Shown: positions 1 through 13,495 of the stretch, piece by piece | How positions within the stretch are numbered: position 1 is the first letter of the stretch | Layout of the letters: every line of letters starts with the position of its first letter | NCBI GenBank assembly: GCA_039096225.1 | Contig: JBBPEB010000002.1 | Location: 124,001 to 188,000, forward strand | Direction: 5' to 3' | From: Blastocystis sp. Blastoise | Taxonomy: Eukaryota; Protista; Bigyra: Opalinata | DNA: 64,000 bases | Made by a program: the position numbers and the translations under genes | Notes under the pieces: generated by a model | Database searches by the model: none | Seen by the model: only the letters and a program-made list of their open reading frames with translations | Told to the model about the DNA's origin: nothing

Positions 1-372
1 GTTAATGCTGAAATCTTTCAATCCTATTTAAGTGGATTGTTGAACTCCCTCAATGGTACTGGTAGTCACGTGATTTATTTGGATAATGCATCCATTCATC
101 ACGATCCTGGTGTTGCTGCTAAGGTTAGTGAAGCTGGTCATCAACTAGTTTTTGGAGCTCCTTATAGTCCTGAACTTAATCCAATAGAAAAAGTCTTTGG
201 ATTCTGGAAAACTCGTGCTGAAAATGATTTGAAGATCTTTACAAATCTTGAAGATTTGGTTAATAAGATTGGAAATCATTTTCGTTCGATTAATCCAATG
301 GAAGTTCGTGCAACTATCCAAGGAACTATCCGAAACGTTTGGCCTAAGGTTATGAACAGAGATGATATATAA
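1..372 (+). CDS. C-terminal part of a Tc1/IS630-like DD34E transposase (5' end outside window)
   Basis: Frame open from base 1; motifs YLDNASIH and PYSPELNPIEKVF with 34 residues between D and E. Confidence 0.88.
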   Translation, partial: VNAEIFQSYLSGLLNSLNGTGSHVIYLDNASIHHDPGVAAKVSEAGHQLVFGAPYSPELNPIEKVFGFWKTRAENDLKIFTNLEDLVNKIGNHFRSINPMEVRATIQGTIRNVWPKVMNRDDI

Positions 373-548
373 ACAGTTATTTATATATACTTTATATATA
401 TTATATATAAATTTGTTCAGTTTTTAAAATTTTGTTTTGTTTATTGTAACATAAAAAACACAAATAATGTTCTTTTAGAACACGAATCTTATTAAAAACG
501 TCATTTAAAAGTAAAATAAAAAAATAAAAAAAAATATTCCCAAAGTCA

Positions 549-640
549 TATAAGGTCAACCAAAATTGCCCTAAAAGCCGACTATAAAAAATCAAAGAAA
601 AATTGAATCGGCTTTTAGGGCAATTTTGGTTGACCTTATA
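549..640. repeat. Perfect 33-bp inverted repeat with 26-nt spacer (Tc1 element end or mini-MITE)
   Basis: tataaggtcaaccaaaattgccctaaaagccga at 549-581 and its reverse complement at 608-640; TA at both outer ends. Confidence 0.8.
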
Positions 641-798
641 GTAGTCTCCCAATAAAAATTTTTATTAATATATATATATGTAAATCCATTGTTATTTGCA
701 AAATTATCCATTGTTTTTTGAAAAAAATCCATTGTTTTTTGCAAATAGTCAAAGCCAAAGTATTTTGCAATAGTATATTTCAGGTAGTTTCTTGAAAA

Positions 799-880
799 TT
801 GTGTAATTTTCAGTGTTTTATATTTTGGTTGTATTTCCCGTAGGGAAATCAATCAAAATTAAGACACTGAAATATTACAC
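799..880. repeat. Imperfect long palindrome upstream of the tyrosine recombinase
   Basis: tgtgtaattttcagtgtttt...tttccc-gta-gggaaa...aagacactgaaatattacaca. Confidence 0.65.
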
Positions 881-1501
881 ATTCTTTAAGAACTTCTGAA
901 AGATGTTTTTTCAATTGGTTTTATATTGTTTTATTCATTTTTATATATTATATATATACAACTATAAATATATCCTAATTATATGTAATAATTGAAATTA
1001 TTAATTATATTAATTAATGATATAAATATTGCATTAATTATTGAAACATTTGTTTTAAATCTTTTATTAAAATTCATTTTTAACCATACTCTGGAAAAAT
1101 AACTCATTCTAGACTGTCTCTACACGTTTCGTTTTAAACTATAAATACTAATACAATTTACTAGTCATATCAGGTGAATGTTAGAAATATTTTATGAGTA
1201 TTCATCTATTCAATACTTGAGTTTGACCATTTTTGATATAATAACGATTTGTTCTAATTTATATTGAATATATATATATTTTTGTAATATATATATAATA
1301 TATATTAGTATTTCTATATTTATCATAATATTTCATTAAATAACTACACATTTTTTTAATGATATTATTAGTAACTGTCTTTAATAACTGTACTGTTGTG
1401 TATAAATATAATAATAAAACAAAACAAATTAAATAACTAAACATAAATAATAATATACTTTAAAAGACCGCCATTTTTTATTTATCCATCATAATCATCA
1501 A

Positions 1502-2641
1502 ATGGCTGAAATGAAACCTTTAGTTAGTGTTATACCACTTAAAAGTGGTCATCGATATGAGATATGGTACAATGAGTTCCAGAATTACCGATCATTACAT
1601 GATCCTAAACATGAATTAGATATAGATAAGGTATTAGAATCATATATACAGTATCTTATAGATCTACCAATGAGGGCCAATACCATTACGTCCAAGCTTA
1701 CTGGCCTATATAAGATGATTACATTCAAGGAAAACCACTACGTTAACAAGGTAACTGCTGAAAGAATAAAAGGATCACTTAGGAACCATGTCAAGAATCT
1801 TCCACCACCAAAGAAGAGTGCTGTCCTGTCAGATGATAACTGCCGCCAATTCTTGAATGCTCCTTATGATGAAGACCTATCTCTCCTTCAACTCAAGGTG
1901 TGCCTAATCATTACCATTTACAGTGGTTTGAGACATATAGAAATATATAGGTTAAAAAAGAAGAACATAACAGAATGATTATATTATATATATATACCTT
2001 TTATATAGATTTTTGATGACCATGTTGCTATTAACGTTGAAAGAAGTAAGACTGACCAGAATGGAGTTGGATTTGATGGAATAGTACCTATAGAAGAAGG
2101 GAATGTAAAGATGGGAAATATACTAAAAGAATACTATAGCAAGCTGGATACTAATGAAGAAGGACCCTTGTTTCCGTTGATAGTTGAGAACCACTTCTGC
2201 TGCAAATCTACTGGAGAGAAGACAATTGGCAATTGGCCAAGAAGAATAGCTACTTACCTTAACCTACCTAATGCTGATAGCTTCACTGGTCACTGCTTTC
2301 GTAGAACAATGGCCAGCCTAGCTGCTGAGAATGGAGCCACGACAGAAGAACTAATGGTACAGGGAAGATGGAAGTCGGCCTCTGTAGCTAACCAGTATGT
2401 TCATAATTCGTTGTCACGTAGGTTAGAAATCTCCAAGAAGACCTTTGTGTGCTCGCCGAAGAAGAATGTATCTGCTGATGCCTATGCTATAAAGAAAAAA
2501 GAAGCTAATAGTATAAGTGATGAATTAAAATACGTCTTTAATGATTGCCATTTTGAAAATAGTACTATTACTATTCAAATAAGCTCCCAGGTCGACGTCA
2601 AAAAAAGCAGTTCTTTTTCTCAAGAATTTTCAAAGCCTTGA
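1502..2641 (+). CDS. Tyrosine recombinase, Crypton-like; two exons (1502-1972, 2009-2641), about 367 aa
   Basis: Catalytic set: SGLRHIE (R), RSKTDQ (K), GHCFRR (HxxR), GRWKS (W), ANQYV (Y). Exon 2 is in frame from the AG at 2007-2008; the donor reads GA rather than GT. Confidence 0.85.
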
Positions 2642-4680
2642 AAATTTTAAATTTTCAGGCTTCTGTTTTTGAAAACTTAAAAATTTTCAGTTGTCTTAGT
2701 TTTGTTGTAAATACTAAAAATCAATAGAAAACCTTGAAAAAAGTCAAATCCAAAGTATTTTGCAAAAATTTTTCATAATGCCAAAGTATTTTGCAAAAAA
2801 AAATTTTCACGATTTTTTTAAAAATTTGAAGCCAAAGTATTTTGCAAACAGTGCAATTGTAAATTGCAAAGCACTGTAGAGTCTTTCACGGTAAGTGTAT
2901 CAGATTGTAATAATAAAGAAGCGCGATTAATCACAGATAATATACGAAACCAGCATTCTAGATATATATGAAATGATATTTCACCTAGTACCTTAAGCAT
3001 GCTTTCAGCTTTACTATAACATACATTTTTTTTATTATATGAATAGAAATATAATAAAAAGACTTTGCAAAGAGTCTGCTTTGGGTGAGCTACATATGGA
3101 AGGATTGAAAAGTATCTGGCAACAAATCGAGTCTGAGATACTTGTGGTAAAGTGTATAAACTAAAGTTATTATTCTTTATCATCACTCGTAGACGGGAAC
3201 ATCTAGACCATGAAACAGTTATGTCATTAATTAATGATATATATTTTATTGAATCAGTAATACTATTCTGTAGGTCAAGAAGAGCTAAGTTGAGAAGATG
3301 AGCACGACATCCATAGCCAATGATAGCACCAGAATCAAGCTTTAATCCAGGAACAATACCATATGTAGTACTTGTATTACAAATGCAATTATCAAAAGAA
3401 ACAGAGCAAAGATTATTTATTTCCAATTCTTTTTTGTTTAAACAAGATTTTATATTTTCAGCTATTTTTATGCCAGAAGGAGAAGTCTCCTCAATAATAC
3501 AAAGGAAATATTGATGGATTGCAAATGATTCATCACAAACTCGAACAGTTATAACCATTTCTTCTAGATTCTGACATGAAGTACCATCAGTTGTAATACT
3601 AAAGATTCTACTCCCTATTTTACTTTTAAGAACAGAGAAAAGATTTTTTGATATTATTTTGATCCATCTTTGTGTAGATCTTATAGATTGATAAATACAA
3701 CGATTTTCTTCTAAAAACTGTCTAAATAAATTATCATTCTTAGCAGTAAGAATAAGCAACTTTAAAAAGACCCCACAATGAGGAGAAGAAAGTATTGTTG
3801 TATCTCCATATATTGAATGGATACTAGACAGACATACACACACACAATTGAATATTTTAGTAAAGAAGAACTTCCATAATTTCTTATTGTTTGTTGATAA
3901 TAAGTGATCATTATTAATTAGAAGTGTCTGATTATTTTGAATATTGGCTAATAACGCCTTGAACTTCTTCATCGATTCTTTATGGCACTTCATATTCTTA
4001 TGAGATGAAATAGTAGAAGCTAAATATTCTTCACCATATACCATTGGCTCCTTAGAAAATAATAAACAGGAGATACAGTACCATTTCTGATTATCATTAT
4101 TATACAAAATAAACTTATTATAGACCTCATTATGTTTGAGGACACTTTTAAGATTTGGACACTTATATAACTCAACATCTAGGAAAAGAAGATCATCTAT
4201 TACATATGAAATAAGTTGAATCAATTCATGTAAATGACTATCAACATATAGAACCCACATCTCTGATACTGTTTTCATACATATTTCATCATTTACATCT
4301 TGTTTAATAACATCTGTAAGAGTAATAAATAATTCTTTGTTTTTCTCCAGTATTCTTTTGATAGTAGATATAGGATAGTTATATATAGTTGAAGAAGGAG
4401 TTTCAATAGTAGAAATTGTTGAATCACTCAATTGTCTATTAGATGATGAGGTGGAGGTTTGGTTATGAATATTGCTATATTGACCAGATATTTGATATTG
4501 TACTGGAAGAATATGATACAATTTATCAATAATAGTAGAAGATGATGTAGGAGACAATAATAAAGATGAAAATTCATCTGAAACAAAGCAAGACAAACAA
4601 TGAAGTTTTTGAACAGTTTGTAATGAAGCATTTGAAGATTTAGAATTATTAGACTTACATATATCATGATCTACATAAAA

Positions 4681-7424
4681 TCTTATATATAAAGGCAATA
4701 GAAGTTGGATATTTGTGTCTCAAGTTCACGGACCGTTTATTCTATGATGGTTAAGGCTATGATAATATCCTTTCAGTATGTTATATATTATGTTCCAAAT
4801 TTTATTTTAGTTTTTTTAATTTTTCAAAAATTCCATATCTAAGGCCTCAAAATAGTCCGAGAAGTTTTGCCGACCGTTAGCAAGTTGGCCGTCCTATGAA
4901 ATCGATTAAAAATTTTTGAAAACTCATTCTTATTGGATAAAAAGAACACAAATATCTTTGTCTATTTTCGCGCCAAAAATTTATTGACATGGTCAAAGTT
5001 TATACTTCTAATCATTTTGTCTTCATTTTTTCAAAAAAAATTCAATTATATTTCTTTTTCTTTTGCAAAACTTTATTTTGTAAATTTGTTATCCATTTTT
5101 TTTTTATCTTTTATTTTAAAAATTTCTTTTTCTTTTTTAATTTCTTCTTTTTATATATTTTATTTATTTTTTTATATTTATTATTTATAATTCTATTTTA
5201 TAATTTATAACATTTTTCGCCACACATAAAAACAACTTTTAAAATATTAGAAACAATTTAGACCAGTAATCAGTTATCAAAGTGACTTAATAGGCTTAAT
5301 TTTAACCTATATACATAAAATAACCTAAATAATGATAATATATAAATCTTTGAAAAAATTTGATCCACAAAGTTTTGAGATATCGGACACATTCTCTTTT
5401 GACCCTTTTAAATTTTAATGAAAACTATCTGGATCATCATGATAACTCATGAAACCATGCTAAAAGTCATTAAAACCTGTTTTTAGCATGTTGAAAAATT
5501 AACAAAAAAATTCAATTGCGTGTTCTGTCAACATTTTTTATTTTATTAATTATTAAACGTTACAGGGTTTATTTTAGATGTTTATATTTATGAATTATTT
5601 GAACACATTTTTAAAATAAAAAGGTAGAAGAGATATCGAAATCATTTTACTCTTAATAAAAATTTTTGGACTTAATATTTGTAGTTTAGATAAAATTCGC
5701 CACTCATTGAACCCATCAGGTTTCTTTCAAGACAAGAATGAGTGGATATCTGTTTGGTTGACCCTCATAAAATCAATTTATGACTTCATATATGAATACA
5801 GTGACCTTAATCATTCTCAAATATGTCATTATTGCATATTTATGACAACAAAGTTGGTGTATCGGCAGATTTCGACCTCTCTAATTTCGACTTATGACTT
5901 CATATTTGGTGTAAGGATGCCTTATATGTTACATTATGATATTTCATATCTTTAAATGCTTTTTAAAAAAGGTCAAAAATAGTTAATTGCGACTTTGTAC
6001 CAAAAAAAGTCGTCCTAACACACTTTTTAAAAGTCATATTAATAGGTAATATAATATTACATATATATATAAAGTCAAAATATAAAATATCGTTGAATCT
6101 CCGGTTCAAAAATGAAAAAGAAATTTTGATATTTTTCAAAAATTTTATTTTTATTGTTTTAACTAAGGTCAATTTCAGCCATCATTTTTCTATCAATAAA
6201 GTCAATATTTATATAATATATAATATGTTTTATTCTGATTATAAATTTGTAAAAATTAGTTCTTAAAAATAAAAATTGACTGAGAAATAAAATTTCAAAG
6301 TGGTACGTCTATCAAAATATTATTTTTTTTTAATACTGTTTCTTTAATATTGTATTCCTATAAACACTATTAATAGGTTGAAAAAAAAAATGCTTTTTAA
6401 TTACAACGATTTTATATATTTATTTATATTAGTGAAAAATTATATTAGTCAAACTACTATTTATTTTTAGTATATATCAAATATAAGTATGATATATATT
6501 TTCATATAATAAGAATTCATTTGAAAAAATCAATAACATATATATTTTTTTATTCATTTTTGTTCTCTTTATAATGTCTTTAAATAAGTGCTTACATATT
6601 TATACTATATATGAAAATAAAAGAATTTAATGACTTAATTTATAAATTTTTAAAAATATAAACAGACATAATTTTGGTTCCATTACTTTTAGACATCTTT
6701 ATTATTAAATGAGTTTTTTAGAATACAAATTTTTATTCATAAACAATAATGTATTTTTATTATATATATATAAGTAGATATTAGTGATATGAAATAGTAG
6801 TAGTTGAACTTTTGAATTTTTAAAATTTTAATTTTTTTTTTTTTCTATAAAATACAACGCGTTGTTTTTTATAGTTAAAAAAAAAGAATTGAAATTTTAA
6901 AAATTCAAAAGTTTAACTACTACTATTTCATATCACGAAACATATATATTCATTTAAAAAATTGTATATAATCTAAATAAGATCTATTTAGATAGAATAT
7001 ATGCATGATACCATAAAATCAATTTGATAAATGAATAAATAGAGTAAAGAATATATATAAACATTTTGATTTAGTCACTGATAACATAAATATTTTAAAT
7101 TATTTCTTTTATATAAAGCAAATAAAACAAAAATATGAATTAATAAAGAAACATTCCCGAAAAAATAATTTAAGAAGAATAACTTGAAAAAATAAATAGA
7201 ATTATTGTTTATTTTCATATCATAATATCTTTCTTAGATAAATGTAATTTATATTAGAGAACTATTAAGAAATGTTTTATTTAATGAAACTATTATTAGC
7301 CATAAAAATCTTTTAAAAAGTATGTTTACTTATTTATATGATAGTATATATTTAAAAATTATTTATATAAATTATAAAACTCTAAAGGATACGAAGCATC
7401 GGCGAAGCCGATGCCACCCGCTAG
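4681..7424 (+). mobile_element. Non-autonomous Helitron family A, copy 1
   Basis: A|TCTTATATATAAAG 5' end; 3' hairpin gcatcggc-gaa-gccgatgc then CTAG|T; no TSD; copies at 16230 and 39403. Confidence 0.9.
6784..6936. repeat. ~150-bp near-perfect palindrome inside Helitron A (also in A2 and A3)
   Basis: gtgatatgaaatagtagtagtt...acaacgcgttgt...aactactactatttcatatcac. Confidence 0.85.
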
Positions 7425-7840
7425 TTAATTATAAAATATTTATATATCAATTATTATAGTAAACTAATGTACCAAAATAATTTGTTATTGATTCAGTAAT
7501 TGGTTGTGATACTATACTTCTCATATTAGATACATCATTATCTATAAAAAAGAAAATGAAATATTTTATGTATAATATAATATATTAAATAAGTATTACT
7601 AATACCTGATAATACATCTTCAATGCTATCGTTATTATTAATTTGAGATATTTCTTCCACTGTGTTACCATTAGTACTAATTTGTATATTATTGGTATCT
7701 ATATATAATAATCAAACTATAGAAATATATATATACTGTTACATGGTTCGATTACATTATTTGATAAAAACGAATCAATTGTCGACTTCTCCTTTTTTAA
7801 TGATACTAATTAATAAAAAAGAAAAATCATAAGTTTGTAC

Positions 7841-7844
<4 letters not shown>

Positions 7845-7937
<93 letters not shown>
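7845..7937. repeat. (TA)n microsatellite
   Basis: Direct reading. Confidence 0.95.
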
Positions 7938-7939
<2 letters not shown>

Positions 7940-8877
7940 ATATATATCTCCAGTTTGATTACAATATATAATAATGTCACTTGTCGGAATCACGTTTTTA
8001 TTTGTCTTCATTTCATTAATCCTATTTTCTAAAGAAGAATTACCTATATAATAACTTACAATATATTTATAAAACATACATAAACATAATTCTGATAAAC
8101 ATTTAGCATGTTTAACATTGAGAGCTTCTTGTTGCTTTTCAATACCTATAAAAATTAATATAGTAATTGTATCTACTTACTTTCTATAACGTAAGGAACA
8201 TTATGCTTCAATAGTTTAAGAGAATCAATGAAATGTTTATACTCCTTGCACTTCATTGTTCGACCGTTCTATAAGTTTATAATCATATTAAAATAAAATA
8301 TACTTTAAATCCTGGAATAAGATCACATAGTGAATGTTTATTGTTTGTATCTTCATTATATTCTTTTTCTGCCTGACCAATATATTGTCTAACATATATT
8401 GGTAGAGAAAAAATATTAAAAGACGCTGTTATCATCTTTATAATAAAGAAATATACAAAAATTTAAAAATATACTCTTAAAATAATTTTAAAATTCACGG
8501 TAATACTTATATTTTTACGGAAAAAATAAAAGTGTAAAAAAACTTTTAAAAAAATTAAAACAATCTTATTTCAATGACCGTTTTTTGTTTTAAAACGGCG
8601 TTTGAACTGCTTAATTCCTCTTTAATAGGTCTCATTTGTCCAGCTAGGGTGTAAAACATGCGCTCTATCGATTGGTGATACTTTCATTTTTTTGAAGGTA
8701 ATGGATGAGCGATGAATGGCAATTAACTTCAAAATTTTAAAATCGTCCCTTATTTTAATAATGAAATGAATACATATTGGTTCATATGTCTAACATACTT
8801 TTATGTCTAGAAAGTCAAATATAAAACGAAAGAAATGAAAAAATTAAAATCCACAAAAATGACTAAAAGAATAAAAA

Positions 8878-8948
8878 TGCCTTGAATGAGACTCGAACCG
8901 TGGATATCCAACTTTACGTTTACAGCGCTGGTCAACAATACCAACATG
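8878..8948 (-). pseudogene. Degenerate tRNA-like (Pol III/SINE-like) sequence
   Basis: B-box GGTTCGAGTC about 50 nt after an A-box-like TGGTATTGTTG; stems imperfect. Confidence 0.35.
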
Positions 8949-9247
8949 TTACTCAATCTTTGAATATTAACTATTCTATATAATAAGTTTGAATTTATTT
9001 AAAATCTTCAAATATTATATTTATCATCTTTTATTATATTTGTAGCATTTTAGGCATTCTAAGAATCTCTTATAAACATAATTTACTAATTTTTGAAAAG
9101 AAATTATCTACTAATGTGTTGATTCTAAACCAAAAACACATATCAATGATGCAGATAATGTTTGTAAACTATGAAAAATGAAACAAAGCTGTTTTTTTAT
9201 TGAATCATTAGTAAATTAGCAGTTCTAAAAAATTTAAAAAAAAATAG

Positions 9248-9316
9248 TTCCTTGTTAGAATCGATCCGTCGACCAAGTAAAAATTTTATGCGCACTGACC
9301 ACTTGACCAAACAACC
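9248..9316 (-). pseudogene. Degenerate tRNA-like sequence
   Basis: A-box TGGTCAAGTGG and B-box-like GGATCGATTC at tRNA spacing. Confidence 0.4.
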
Positions 9317-10324
9317 TCTTTATTCAATTTACCATTTGGTGATATAATAATTATAAAACAAGTGACTACTAATCGTTTTCTTATTTTTCTCTTTTTTAAC
9401 ATAAAAACAATATATTTTATAATATAAATATTATAACTGTGTTGTGTGACTTATTCTTCATATAAAATACATTTTAAAAGCATTTTATGAGGCTAGTAAA
9501 AATCATTTTGTTGGAGGTATTGTTTTTTCAAATCCGACTTTTGTTCATATTGTTGTTTTTTGTATGGTTTTTGAAAAAAAATATTTTAATATGTTTTTTT
9601 TTTATTTATTTTTTATTACTAGTCACGGTGTATCTGTAGAGTCCCTACAAGACTATTTCATAATATTTAACAAAAATAAAAACTTTTTAATTACATTATT
9701 ATATTATATATTATTATTTTAGAGTTTATTGACATTATTCTTCATTATAACACATAAATAAAACTCTTAAACATAACTTTCAAAAAAATATATTAAGCAA
9801 TTGACTTTTGTCACAAAATATTTTTTTTGTCACCCAACTTAACACAAATAATCATACATTAAACTCATACTTGTTGTTATTTAATGAGTTATAACCTTTT
9901 CAGTCATGTATCTGTCACAACATGTGTCTCAAAAAGCGTTTTATTTGACTTATTTCAAAATAATTATGCATTATATACTAGAATAATATGTTTTTTTGTC
10001 AAAAACTGTCATGTCATAATATAATAGTCAATGAATGAATTGTCTTTTTATGTCACCAGGTCCGTTTTTCACAAAAAGTGTGTAAATCGACGTGTCTTAA
10101 TGAGCTGAGTTTGGAAATATTTTTTTTTATATTTTTTAAATAAAAAACAAAAAAGTTATAAGCAATCGTCACTTTTTTGTCAGAAAATTTTGGTGACAAT
10201 TGCCACGTGGCAATTCCGTCCAGTGACAAGGGAAGGCACTGAATCATAGATAATAAATGATAAATAATAAATAACAATAGATATTATATGATAAAAGATA
10301 CAAAAAGCCAAACATATATGATTT

Positions 10325-10475
10325 TATGCAGCCGCCGTCCGGGGCCGTTAGGCACTGGACCTGCGGCCTGACACTAGTTTTTATATAATGAAAAGATAAT
10401 TCTTTAATAAACTGTTTTATTTTCTTTTTATTTAGATTCAAGCTTAGGCTGGCGTAGCCAGTCGTGAAACGCTTG
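10325..10475 (+). mobile_element. Two stacked Helitron 3' ends (D-type ending CTAG at 10377, C-type ending CTTG at 10475)
   Basis: Hairpins match those at 16135-16184 and 26148-26184. Confidence 0.8.
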
Positions 10476-11436
10476 TATTATTAAATCCGTAACGGTAGTG
10501 TAAGAAAAAATAAAGAGAGTTTTAATTCTTTCAAACATTGCTTCTGACAGAAGTTTTAGCTTAATCTATTCAGATATTATAAATATTTGTTTTCTTATAG
10601 ATATTGCCATTGAATTTACAACTGATATAGCAGGTAAAGTAGCAACGAAATGATAAACCTTTTTAGAGTTATTTTAATGTTGTTTGAAGAACATTTTCGA
10701 TTAGACTGTTCTAATACTGAGTTTTTCTATATTTATGGTTATCATAATATTTTAAGCATAATATATGTAGTTTTAGTACTAAAAACTATAATAAGATAAA
10801 CATTTATAGTATGGTATGCTTTAATAAAAATAATGTATAGAAAAATGTTAATAATACAATAAAAAATATATATACAGTTAAATAATTGATAACAGAGTCA
10901 TTTAAGATTATTTTGAAGCATTCAGGACGCTTTATTTGAAATTTCTCACCTTATCAAAGCAGAATGAATTGCATTCATTGTTTCAAAAGGTGTATCTATT
11001 GTTAAACACACATTACAGTTAAAGTCCCTTTATAAATCCGGGGCACTGCACAAAACCAGGACAAATTTTATTTAAATTTTTTTGGAAAATTATAAATGTA
11101 ATATACCGAATATATGATTAATTAGTTTTTGTAAGAAAACAAAACAAATAATATTTTTTTAAAATTATTAAACACTCTTATTTTATATAGAAATTGACAA
11201 AGTTTATTAAAATAATATATAAAGAAAAATGAATTATTAAAAAAATATATATTTAATATAGTTTATATGTAAATAAAAGCAAACAATAAAGAATATAAAT
11301 ATAGTTACATGTTTCTAAACAGGGGAGGTAGAGGAATAACTTCTTCATTATCATTATTATATGGAGTAGTATTATCTTCATCTTCACCATACTCTCTTAA
11401 TGGACCAACAAGAATTCTATTTGATGCTTTTGATGA

Positions 11437-13205
11437 TTAAGACGTTCTTCTTTCATTAGGTCTTTCTTCGAATCTATTAACAAATTCATCTTCAGCTTCA
11501 GTTAATAATCGAGATCTTATCCAAGCCTGTTTTATATTGCTTCTAGTAAAAGATTCAGATACAGCATCCTCAGATGCTTCTAATAATTCATATCTACCAC
11601 TGGTTTTAAAGAATTTCTTTAATGTGTTTTTATAAGATCCATAAACTACAAGATCTAATGGTTGAAACTGACTAGTCGTACCTTTTGGTAGTACTAGAAG
11701 ATCTATATGATTTTCTTCTAAGAGAGAAAGGACAGAAGAATCATTTCTTGTTGGATGAGAATCAAGAATAAGTAAAGCATATTGATCAATATTATTATCT
11801 CTCATTCTATTTACATGTGGTAGGAAGATATCATTTATCCATCCAATAAATATTTCAGAGTTAATCCATCCTGAAGGTGCAAAAAAAGTCTTTAAACCAT
11901 GAATATTATGTTTATCTAATTCTTTAGGATCATATGTTTGTTGTTCACAAACATAAGAAGACTCAACATGAGAACCATCAGCAGAAATACAAACAATAAG
12001 AGTAAGATGACCATGAGAAGTTCCTTGACCAGTCATTGGAATAAAACCATCAGGAACAGCAACTACTTGAAATGATTTAACAGAAGGAGTTGACCAACTT
12101 TCATCCATATTAAATATTAAATGATTAGGATAATTACGTTCCTTACGAAGAAATGAAATATTTCTGAATAATGTTCTAGCACATCTTTTACTAGGAATAG
12201 CATTAAATAAATAAACAGTTATAGGTTTCTTCAAAGATATATTATTCTTTATAAGGAGTTTTCTAACAAACGAATCAGATACATCATTAATATTATTAGT
12301 ATTAGTACATCTTTCATGAAGTATAGAATAAATATAATTAATAATATCCTTTTTGGTGACACATTTCTTTTCAACAGCCTTCTGTGTAATCCAATCAATA
12401 ATCTTTCTTTCATCTTCATCAGTAAGAATTGATGGACGTCCTGAGGATAGAACAGAACCTCTTTCTTGAACAGACACTTTAGCACGATGAAGAGTACTCT
12501 TCGTTGTACAAGATAAATAAGCAGCCTTTCTAAATGATAATCTTCTTCTTCCATCTTTTCCATCAAATATTTCAGTCATCTTCAGTGCTTTTCTTCTAGG
12601 ACTAGTAATACTCATAATTTCAGGATGTTTTAGGATCTCAGCATCTTCTTTCGATGCATTAAAGTCCCTGGAAAAAACCGGTCCTCTGGAAAAAACCGGT
12701 CCATTTTTTTTTAATGTTATTTTCATGTAAATACGGGTTTTTTTAACCACAAAAACAAAATAACCACGATTTTTCATTTTGTTTTATAAACATTTTTGTT
12801 TATATAATCATTACTATATATGTCATTCACTTCCCATATCACTTGACAGAATTGTTATGTGGTAATTATCACCAAAATCTGCGATATAATATTATATTTT
12901 GACAGTGTAATCTTATTTATTCTCGATAAGTCAATTTAAGTCAGGTTGAAGTGACAATCAACTATTATCATGGTATGTGCTGCAAAAGTGATGGAAGGAA
13001 ATATAGATGACTCGCATATTAATGATGTTGCTGATAAAACTGTGTATAAAACAAAAAAAATTTAAAAATCGTGGTTATATATTTTTTTGCCGTAAAAAAA
13101 TTATTATTTACATGAAAATAACATTAAAAAAAAAATGGACCGGTTTTTTCCAGAGGACCGGTTTTTTCCAGGGACTTTAACTGGATCTAGACTAGGTAAA
13201 CTCAT
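11437..13205 (-). pseudogene. pogo DD35D transposase (HTH_Tnp_Tc5/DDE_1 type), interrupted by a MITE near its N-terminus
   Basis: FNMDES, LILDSH, QPLDL with 35-residue spacing. Removing 12662-13177 plus one TA restores MSLPSLDPVNASKEDAE (about 416 aa). Confidence 0.85.
12662..13177. mobile_element. MITE with long TIRs and TA TSD, same AAGTCCC terminus as the host pogo element
   Basis: aagtccctggaaaaaaccggtcctctgg... and its reverse complement at about 13110-13177. Confidence 0.9.
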
Positions 13206-13422
13206 CTTTAATACCTAATTTTTAAATAAATTAAAATAGTAATGTAAAATAAAATATAAAAACTTTTAGTTTACACATTCAATTTGATAATAATAAACAA
13301 TAATTGAGAATCCCGTGTTTATCTCATAATTCTGAGTCGTCTTTAGTCAATATTCATGGGTTTTGTAAAAAAACACATTTTGTCCCGGTTTTGTGCTGTG
13401 TCCCGGATTTATACAGTGACTT

Positions 13423-13454
<32 letters not shown>

Positions 13455-13495
13455 GACTTCTAGAAACTCGCTTTATATATTTAAGGTAATAGAAA

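Larger units (their letters stand above)
2870..8435 (-). pseudogene. Multi-exon hAT-superfamily transposase (ZMYM1/DUF4371-like), C-terminally truncated, with Helitron A1 in an intron
   Basis: Motifs FSITTDGTS, VSFDN, GCRAHLLNL, TRF in ORF 2818-4698. True exon starts after an acceptor near 4670. Upstream exons at 7472-8435 start MITASFNIFSLP. Confidence 0.75.
11022..13422 (-). mobile_element. pogo-like DNA transposon with ~42-bp imperfect TIRs and TA TSD
   Basis: TA-aagtccctttataaatccggggcactgcacaaaaccaggaca versus the reverse complement of 13381-13424. Confidence 0.85.

Noticed and set aside
4933-6172. Short ORFs repeated at 16482-17814 and 40759-42090
   Set aside because: Low-complexity frames within Helitron A; frameshifted between copies
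12662-12777. Annotated N-terminus of ORF 11437-12777
   Set aside because: Read-through from the MITE TIR; the real start is at 13205
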